A stretch of 64,000 bases of DNA from Candidatus Asbonarchaeum danakilense (GTDB lineage: Archaea > Nanohalarchaeota > Nanosalinia > Nanosalinales > Nanoanaerosalinaceae), in assembly GCA_034190465.1 (NCBI GenBank), contig JAXINV010000004.1:6802-70801 (forward strand), read 5' to 3'. The position numbers and the translations under genes are program-made. The notes below the pieces were generated by a model. It ran no database searches and was not told the DNA's origin. It saw nothing but the letters and a program-made list of their open reading frames with translations. Below are positions 9,183-15,918 of this stretch, piece by piece; positions within the stretch are counted from its first letter, which is position 1, and each line of letters begins with the position of its first letter.

Positions 9183-9658
9183 GGCCTCACCCCGATACGG
9201 AGCCGTGCAGGCGTCAGCTCTCCCGTTGCACTGTTGTTTATCAGGACATGGTACTGCTGGCCGAACGTGGCGTCATACCCGGGAGCACCGGTCAGCACCG
9301 TGCCCCGGTCGCTGTCATAGTAGACCGCCCAGGTGTACTGCGGGCCGTCGTAATCGCTCCCCTGCTTGTACTGGAAGCTGAGGAACGTCACCCCTATCGG
9401 ATCCAGGCAGCTGAAGTCTCCCGAAATGACCGACGAATTGTAGAACACACCGCGCGTACTGGTCGCGCACGGCATATCAAGCACCTGCTCGCCGAGGATG
9501 TTCTTCATGAAATTGTCACCGATCGCCTGCTGCCCTTCACCCAGCACCAGATCGCCGTAGTTCGCGGCGATGATGAACAGCACGAAGACGCCGACAAAGA
9601 TGAACGGGACCAGGATGATGGCTGGGCTCACACCTTTACGCTCCTCTTCCTCACTCAA
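9179..9658 (-). CDS. Prepilin-like protein (159 aa)
   Basis: N-terminus MSEEEERKG|VSPAIILVPFIFVGVFVLFIIA. The start codon is TTG at 9658, and no ATG precedes the hydrophobic helix. 2 Cys. The stop overlaps the next start as ATGA. Confidence 0.55.
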   Translation of the reverse strand: MSEEEERKGVSPAIILVPFIFVGVFVLFIIAANYGDLVLGEGQQAIGDNFMKNILGEQVLDMPCATSTRGVFYNSSVISGDFSCLDPIGVTFLSFQYKQGSDYDGPQYTWAVYYDSDRGTVLTGAPGYDATFGQQYHVLINNSATGELTPARLRIGVRP

Positions 9659-10547
9659 AGAAGGACACCTCGCCGGCAGAGATCTGCAGGGTTTTCATAT
9701 CCTGTATAACAGGGTCCATATCAACCTCGTGCCCGCCGAACGCCACATAGCCCGATATATACTTTGTCGCCGGATCGAACCGGCCGGCGTAGGAGAACGC
9801 AGACCGTTCAAAGACACGGGTATGGTTCAGGCGGCCGGAGCACGGCATCTCCTGCGTGTACTGTCGGCCCTCCGACGAGTTCAACGTAAAGTACGCAAAC
9901 TTGTCCTGCGGGCAGCGATAGGTGACGGATATCATGCAGCCGAACTCCTGGCCCCTGAAATTGAACATCGGACAGGCCACCCGATTCACCTGGCCGAACG
10001 AATCCTCCGGTGACGAGCACTGGTTATAGTATCGAGGGTAGAACCCCTGTCGTGTGAACGCTCCGTTGTTACAGAAGTAGCCGAACTGGGGTGCTCCCCC
10101 GGCCATCCGCGAACTGCACGAATTGGAAAAACAAGATATCGGAGAACAAGAACCCTTCGAGATTGTAAATGACAGACCTTGCTTCTCTACACAAAGCGTC
10201 TTGCCGCTTACATCTGCCGCATCATAGTTGTAGCTAGGTGGCAGCTGCCGTGAACGTTTGTTCTCAAGGAATTCCGCGTCCAACACGAGTTCGGGGCTGT
10301 CCCCGCCGGTTATAAGTTCCACACGGTCATAGCTGTTCTTCAGTGTCACGCTCATCGTCGCCGTTCCCTGACCTTGCAGGGTGACGAATGGACTGAACAA
10401 CCGTATCGCGTCGAGCCGTGCATAGCCGCGTTTCACACCGATACCCAGTGCCTCGGACAGTGGGCCGCCCCCGGCCAACGTCGCCGCTACAAGGACCGTG
10501 ATCACGAACACCCTGATCAGGAACCGCGAGGTGAGCCCTTTCCGCAT
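9651..10547 (-). CDS. Prepilin-like Cys-rich protein (298 aa)
   Basis: N-terminus MRKG|LTSRFLIRVFVITVLVAATLAGG. 10 Cys by manual count, clustered in the middle of the protein. Confidence 0.65.
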   Translation of the reverse strand: MRKGLTSRFLIRVFVITVLVAATLAGGGPLSEALGIGVKRGYARLDAIRLFSPFVTLQGQGTATMSVTLKNSYDRVELITGGDSPELVLDAEFLENKRSRQLPPSYNYDAADVSGKTLCVEKQGLSFTISKGSCSPISCFSNSCSSRMAGGAPQFGYFCNNGAFTRQGFYPRYYNQCSSPEDSFGQVNRVACPMFNFRGQEFGCMISVTYRCPQDKFAYFTLNSSEGRQYTQEMPCSGRLNHTRVFERSAFSYAGRFDPATKYISGYVAFGGHEVDMDPVIQDMKTLQISAGEVSFFE

Positions 10548-10549
10548 GA

Positions 10550-11038
10550 CTATTCCTCCACCGGCATGACGGCCGCACCACCGTTCTTGATTTTGATCTT
10601 ATACTGCATCGTCCCTCCTGAGATCGTATGCCCTCCGGAACAACCATAGTTGACATCAGCATCCGGCGGCCCCGGCGAACAGAACTTCACCGCATCGCAC
10701 TGCGGAACCCCAATTTCCATCTCACGCCTGATATCGTCCTCGAACGTCCGGGAGACAGTCACCGTCGCCTTGATCTTGGGACCTTCCACGTGAATATTGC
10801 TCATCTGTTTCTCGAACGTGTGCTCCAACAGACCGGACTGATAGTTGCTGTGGACGTTGCAGTTATCGTTTATCGAATTGACAAACCGCTGGAGGTTGTT
10901 CCGAGCCTTCTCCATCGTATACGTAACAGACGGGCTCGCCATCAGCCCACCGAGCAACGCCCAGACCGTGAGGACCAGAAAAACGGCAGAGATGATGACG
11001 ATGACCATGTAGTCCGCCATTCCGTTCCGTGCCATCAC
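10550..11038 (-). CDS. Prepilin-like protein (162 aa)
   Basis: N-terminus MMARNG|MADYMVIVIISAVFLVLTVWALLGG. 4 Cys. The gene directly abuts its upstream neighbour. Confidence 0.6.
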   Translation of the reverse strand: MMARNGMADYMVIVIISAVFLVLTVWALLGGLMASPSVTYTMEKARNNLQRFVNSINDNCNVHSNYQSGLLEHTFEKQMSNIHVEGPKIKATVTVSRTFEDDIRREMEIGVPQCDAVKFCSPGPPDADVNYGCSGGHTISGGTMQYKIKIKNGGAAVMPVEE

Positions 11039-11233
11039 TCACCCTCCGGTCGCGCCCCGGATGGCGCCCGTCGCATTCTGTCCCGAGGCGTTCATGATAT
11101 CCTTGATAATACTACCCGCCCGTTCTGGAATATCTGTCCCGATACTGATGACGATGAGCGCGATGATGCCAAGTAAAAGGATAAAGACGATCAACTTCGG
11201 TCCCAGCGTGAACTGTCCACGTCGATCCGTCAT
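11039..11233 (-). CDS. Ultra-short prepilin-like protein (64 aa)
   Basis: N-terminus MTDRRG|QFTLGPKLIVFILLLGIIALIVISIG, with Gln at the putative +1 position as in EppA-type substrates. The C-terminus is Gly-rich. The start overlaps the upstream stop (ATGA). Confidence 0.6.
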   Translation of the reverse strand: MTDRRGQFTLGPKLIVFILLLGIIALIVISIGTDIPERAGSIIKDIMNASGQNATGAIRGATGG

Positions 11234-11397
11234 CCGAGCTCACCTATCGCTTTATCGACCAGTGTATTGAGGGGGTCAGCCGTCCCAAAAATCATCTCTT
11301 TGAGTACCGTCGTTGAGGCAAGGACAACAATCAATACCGCCAGTATCACAACAACGATCTTCACCGTTGAACTGAACCCTTTCCGGCGGCGGGACAT
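11230..11397 (-). CDS. Ultra-short prepilin-like protein (55 aa), not in the supplied ORF track
   Basis: Manual translation gives MSRRRKG|FSSTVKIVVVILAVLIVVLASTTVLKEMIFGTADPLNTLVDKAIGELG. The TGA stop overlaps the ATG of the next gene. A TATA-like GGTATTATACC lies about 30 nt upstream. Confidence 0.55.
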   Translation of the reverse strand: MSRRRKGFSSTVKIVVVILAVLIVVLASTTVLKEMIFGTADPLNTLVDKAIGELG

Positions 11398-11440
11398 CTT
11401 CAGAACAAGCTTTACCCGTGACGGTATAATACCTTTTTGG

Positions 11441-12127
11441 TCAGTTCAACAGGAGAAGCGTGCCTTCCCCGTCCTCCTTCATCTCCCGGAACACTTCACC
11501 GACGTAGACATGTGCCGCAGCGGAGACAGCCTGGGTGAAACGACGTGTATCGTTCTCGTAGATCGTGTCCATATAGACGCCTTCCGCGACCTCGTTGAAC
11601 TGGTAGGGGCGGATAGTGGCCGTCGAAAGCCGGGGCCCCCACATGATGGAAACGTTGTCGAGCTGCTCACGGAAGTCCTGATCCAAGTAGATGTCAACGC
11701 GGAGCCGCGGGTTCTCTTTAGGCCCCATCATCCGCGGCGCCAGGTATCCCTGCATCACACCGTCATCGGGATCAAGTCGGTTGGTGAAGGCCATCACCTT
11801 GCGGTTGTGACGGACGAACACATCATCATAGAAAGCCGTCCCGTTGTAGACCCCCCATCCCTGGATCGTGGTCATGTACCTACCGTAATTGATGTTGAAC
11901 TCGCCCTGGTAGTCCGACCAACCCTGGTTCCGGACGATGTATGTATTATTCACCGCGACCTCGCCGTTGGAGTAGACCCTGTATCCACGGTCACTCCGTT
12001 CCACGACCGTCGGCTCAGACGGAATCATGAGATAGATGGCAACGGCAAGGATGGCGATAACAGCAGCTATCCCAAGCGTCTTCCGATTGATCTCAATCGC
12101 CGCCCCGTCCTCCTGTTGTAAATCCAT
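11441..12127 (-). CDS. Membrane-anchored or prepilin-like protein (228 aa)
   Basis: N-terminus MDLQQEDGAAIEINRKT|LGIAAVIAILAVAIYLMI. The cleavage motif is weaker (Thr instead of Gly/Ala). The ectodomain is beta-rich and has no Cys. Confidence 0.55.
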   Translation of the reverse strand: MDLQQEDGAAIEINRKTLGIAAVIAILAVAIYLMIPSEPTVVERSDRGYRVYSNGEVAVNNTYIVRNQGWSDYQGEFNINYGRYMTTIQGWGVYNGTAFYDDVFVRHNRKVMAFTNRLDPDDGVMQGYLAPRMMGPKENPRLRVDIYLDQDFREQLDNVSIMWGPRLSTATIRPYQFNEVAEGVYMDTIYENDTRRFTQAVSAAAHVYVGEVFREMKEDGEGTLLLLN

Positions 12128-12143
12128 GGTTGGTCATCTCCAA

Positions 12144-15100
12144 TCAGTGGTTCGGCCAGGAACTCTGATGGCCGTACCACTGGATGGCCGCTTCGCCGAG
12201 CGCACCCGAGGCACCACCGGCAGCAGCCACGACCGTGACAGCAAGATACGTTCCTCCGGTCAGGACTGACGCGATGACCTCGGCAGCGATGCCGCCGAGC
12301 ATCAACCCTGCCGTGATGAACTCGTTCCGCTGGAGGTCCGCGTTCCAGCCGTAGACCGCCATACCATTCTTGGTCTGCCAGTCGTTATTGTTACCTACGC
12401 CGTCCACACCCACGACAAGGGAGCTGTAACTGATCCTCTTCCGCGTGTTGCCGAAGTCGTAGGCGTCCACAATACTGTCCCAAAGGCCTGCAAGGAGGGT
12501 ATGCTGCTCGAAGTACGTCGTTCCCGTCGCACCCGCCGTCACACGCGGACGGGAGATAGTAGTATCCCACTTCAGCCCTTTCCACGTCTCTGTCGCACAT
12601 GACCACGCTGCGTATGAGACATCGATATCGATGTTGAAGTCACCTCCCGTACCGATCGTAAAGTCCGTATGCGGTATTGTGAACTGGAACGGCGTGATAT
12701 CCCCACCTGCGTGCGCTTCCAAGTCCTTCGTTTTACACTTCCCGTTCCAGAACCAGATCTGATTGTACCACCCGTTGGGCGGTGTGACCCACTCCCAGTC
12801 CTCATCAGGGTCTTTCTGGATGGCGACCTCCCTGTTCGGCGCCGCCTGCGGACCCACCATGTACTGGACGTTGTTGAAACCTGGACCTCTACCTGCCGGC
12901 CATCCGGCATTGACCTGATACTCGCCGTGATCCACACCGTGCTGGCTGGGCACCGAACGCACGAACGGATACTGTGTGTAGTACAGTTCGCCGTCACACA
13001 TATTGGACTTGTAAAACGTCCCCGACCAGTTCTTCGGCACGCTCGGCTCGTTCGAGCCGGAATCACGGTCCAGTTTCACGTTCTGGATGGCATCGGTAGG
13101 AAGTACAGCACTAGTGATACCTGAAAGGATATCCGCTCCAACATCGTCCCCCGTCGGATCCAGCCAGTTGAAAACCCCGCGAAGCCCTTCTTTGATGGCG
13201 CCGATCGCATCACCAAATCCTTCTGGAAGGAAATCGCACGTACTCGGTGTGAGAAGATATGGCCCCCTGTATCTTTCCTGATCCTCGGCATTCGCCAGTT
13301 CGCCCGAATTGATTTTTCCACCGTCCGCCGCCATCACCGCGCTCGATACATAGGTCGTCATCTGCTTCATCCGCACCGTCAGGTGCGGTGTCCCGGATGC
13401 ACCGGCTATCCTGTCCGTGTACATTGGCGAGGCCATGTAGAACCTGCCGTCAGGATTGCTACCGCCACGATCCAGCCCAATGAAGAAGAAATTGGCAAGC
13501 GGGTGGAGCCGGAACTGGAGCGGCGGCATGAACGACCGGGCAAGATACAGCGAGTTGACATTACCTGGTTTGCTCATATACCCTGTCGACGTGATGAAGT
13601 CTGCCGCGTGACCGACAAGCGTCATAGCAGCACATGCAGCTGTCCCGCCGGAACTCGCGTACGATCCAGCCGTCCTGACGTGACTGACGCCCGCGGCGCT
13701 ACACAGGCTTTTGATAGCTCCATCGACAGCTCCGCTGTATGCTGCGCATCGGCCGAGACTTTCCCACAGATCGCTCTGCGCGGAATCCATGTTATTCATG
13801 ATCGCCTGAATCGCCTGCGAACGTACCATCTTGCTGTTGCAGGCAGCCGCGATAGCCCCCTTCTTCATGAAGTTCGCCGCGTTGTCAACCATGCCGCCAC
13901 CCCTCGATGCCAGGCCACGGATTGATTTCGTGGCCTTTTGAATTATCTTCTGAGCGGCCTCCCGCCGCGGAGCCCCTGAGAGCTCCATGAGCGTGCTGGC
14001 ATAGTCCGAAGCCCGGAACGACATCCGCAGCGAGTGCCGCAACGAGTTCGCTGGGTCCATAGCGCTTGCATAGCTGCTGGACTTCGGCAACCGCTCCATC
14101 AAGTCATCAACCGTCCTGGCGCCGTTCATCAGGCGGTTGGCCGTAATCGTCGACATGTCCTCGATCATCTGCTGGGCGGCCGCCTCGTCACCGCCGTGGG
14201 CCGCAACAATATTGGCGTAGACGCTGTCACCGGCATCATCCGTACTCTGCAATGCCTCTTCCCAGTTCTCCGCGACCATCGTCCGCATCTGCGTGTAATC
14301 GAGCGTCCGCACCGTTCCATCCGGCCGGACGATCCGGTAAGTGTATTCCCCACTCTCATCCAGCTGGTGCAGGGTTACATGCGCCAGATCTTCATCCATC
14401 TGCCTGAAGAAGTCATCAAGGACGTTCTGGGCTGCATCATCCGAAATCGAGTCAATACCGACATAGACAGAAAGCTTCGAAACGGCCTCACGCATGAAGG
14501 CCTCACCCATCGCCTTGGCGGACGCTGCGACCCCGTAGGCCGCCCGTCCCGGATACGTCGCTCCACGTGCGAACAGACGAGCCCACCGGGCAGGTCTCGA
14601 CGAACCAACGTAATCGATCATTGCACGGGCCGCCCATTCGGCCGCCTCCTTCGCCGCCGTAGCGCGACTGGTCGCACCAAGAAGCTCATCGACCGAACCC
14701 GCTCCATATCTTGCCACCCGGCCTATCATAGAGCCCGTCTTGAACATGTACTTGCTCACCCCACTGGCAAGCCGCGAACCGATTTTGCCAGCAGGAGCGG
14801 GGATGGCACCCATGACACCTGCAAACGCGATTGCCATCATGTTCCAGCCCGACGTCCGCGTCAGCCAGTTGCCCTCGACCGAGGGTTTCAGCTTCTGGTA
14901 GTACAGGACATATTTCGGCATACCGTGCCCCTTCAAGAAGTTGATGATCGTCTGCGGCACCGAGCCCCCGTCAAGTTCCCAGGGCCCCGTGAATGGCACC
15001 TGCTGTGGGAGCGCGAACCCGTAGACACGGCAGCTGCCGCCGCCGGGGTTGTTCTTCATCGCGTCGCACTTGACCTTGACGCCCTTCCCGAACTTGACAA

Positions 15101-15494
15101 CGCCTTTACCTCCCGGGGCCGCCTCCTTGCAGGAGTGATCGATGCGCGAACCGAACCCCTGCTCAGAGAACGGCGTGTTCCACTGTTCAAGATAGGCGCT
15201 CTGATCAACACTGTCCGCCGGCGCATTGATCATAGCAGAACAGGAGATAGCGAACGTCAGTGCCTTCGTCGACTCGACAGCGACCTGCTGGTACGTTGCT
15301 CCGAACTGGAACAGTTGGGCCAGCGTCCTGATGGTCGGTGTCAGGTTGCCGCCGGCCAGCGTGAAGATGAACCCGCCGACGATCAGCACACCGAGAAGAC
15401 GGACGGTCGTCTCTGTCACGACCGTGAACCCCTTCCGCGGGGCCTGTTGTGCCTCGTGAACGAAACGTGCTACCTTCCGTCTGAGGTCGACCAT
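12144..15494 (-). CDS. Giant prepilin-like / membrane-associated protein (about 1116 aa)
   Basis: The ATG at 15494 is preceded by AAGGTAGGAG; the track start at 15512 is GTG. The N-terminus is MVDLRRKVARFVHEAQQAPRKG|FTVVTETTVRLLGVLIVGGFIFTLAGG. There are extra hydrophobic segments (WNMMAIAFAGVMGAIPAPAG) and a C-terminal one (ITAGLMLGGIAAEVIASVLTGGTYLAVTVVAAAGG). 12 Cys by manual count. Confidence 0.7.
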   Translation of the reverse strand: MVDLRRKVARFVHEAQQAPRKGFTVVTETTVRLLGVLIVGGFIFTLAGGNLTPTIRTLAQLFQFGATYQQVAVESTKALTFAISCSAMINAPADSVDQSAYLEQWNTPFSEQGFGSRIDHSCKEAAPGGKGVVKFGKGVKVKCDAMKNNPGGGSCRVYGFALPQQVPFTGPWELDGGSVPQTIINFLKGHGMPKYVLYYQKLKPSVEGNWLTRTSGWNMMAIAFAGVMGAIPAPAGKIGSRLASGVSKYMFKTGSMIGRVARYGAGSVDELLGATSRATAAKEAAEWAARAMIDYVGSSRPARWARLFARGATYPGRAAYGVAASAKAMGEAFMREAVSKLSVYVGIDSISDDAAQNVLDDFFRQMDEDLAHVTLHQLDESGEYTYRIVRPDGTVRTLDYTQMRTMVAENWEEALQSTDDAGDSVYANIVAAHGGDEAAAQQMIEDMSTITANRLMNGARTVDDLMERLPKSSSYASAMDPANSLRHSLRMSFRASDYASTLMELSGAPRREAAQKIIQKATKSIRGLASRGGGMVDNAANFMKKGAIAAACNSKMVRSQAIQAIMNNMDSAQSDLWESLGRCAAYSGAVDGAIKSLCSAAGVSHVRTAGSYASSGGTAACAAMTLVGHAADFITSTGYMSKPGNVNSLYLARSFMPPLQFRLHPLANFFFIGLDRGGSNPDGRFYMASPMYTDRIAGASGTPHLTVRMKQMTTYVSSAVMAADGGKINSGELANAEDQERYRGPYLLTPSTCDFLPEGFGDAIGAIKEGLRGVFNWLDPTGDDVGADILSGITSAVLPTDAIQNVKLDRDSGSNEPSVPKNWSGTFYKSNMCDGELYYTQYPFVRSVPSQHGVDHGEYQVNAGWPAGRGPGFNNVQYMVGPQAAPNREVAIQKDPDEDWEWVTPPNGWYNQIWFWNGKCKTKDLEAHAGGDITPFQFTIPHTDFTIGTGGDFNIDIDVSYAAWSCATETWKGLKWDTTISRPRVTAGATGTTYFEQHTLLAGLWDSIVDAYDFGNTRKRISYSSLVVGVDGVGNNNDWQTKNGMAVYGWNADLQRNEFITAGLMLGGIAAEVIASVLTGGTYLAVTVVAAAGGASGALGEAAIQWYGHQSSWPNH

Positions 15495-15535
15495 TACTCC
15501 TACCTTTTCCACGATGGCTTAAAAATACTGGGGGG

Positions 15536-15724
15536 TCAGCCGAACGGACACCTGATCGTGTGGCCCATCCCGGACAGGATGCCGCGGATAGGGCCAAGGA
15601 CGCTCATGAACAGGTCACACGCCTCGGCGCTGTCGGCCGCGTTGAAGAACGCGACACCAATTATCGTACCGAATATAAGTGCTGCAGCAACCATAAGAAT
15701 CATCATGAACGTCCGTGAATTCAT
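15536..15724 (-). CDS. Ultra-short hydrophobic N-terminus protein (62 aa), possible prepilin-like
   Basis: N-terminus MNSRT|FMMILMVAAALIFGTIIGVAFF. 2 Cys. The start overlaps the upstream stop (ATGA). Confidence 0.5.
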   Translation of the reverse strand: MNSRTFMMILMVAAALIFGTIIGVAFFNAADSAEACDLFMSVLGPIRGILSGMGHTIRCPFG

Positions 15725-15864
15725 CCCTCAGTCATGACCTCCAGTATAACCTGGACCGCTTGATCCGTCCAGCCCAGTATGAGCGCAGCCATGAGGATGA
15801 AGAAGACGACAGCAAGGACGGCGATGACCACCCGGAGCCAGTGATGCTGTCCCTTCCTCCCCAT
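15721..15864 (-). CDS. Ultra-short prepilin-like protein (47 aa), not in the supplied ORF track
   Basis: Manual translation gives MGRKG|QHHWLRVVIAVLAVVFFILMAALILGWTDQAVQVILEVMTEG. The TGA stop overlaps the ATG of the next gene. A TTTAATATT box (15903-15911) lies upstream. Confidence 0.5.
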   Translation of the reverse strand: MGRKGQHHWLRVVIAVLAVVFFILMAALILGWTDQAVQVILEVMTEG

Positions 15865-15918
15865 AACGCCCACGCGGTTTACGACATACTGGGACGGTGC
15901 CGAATATTAAACTGTCCC

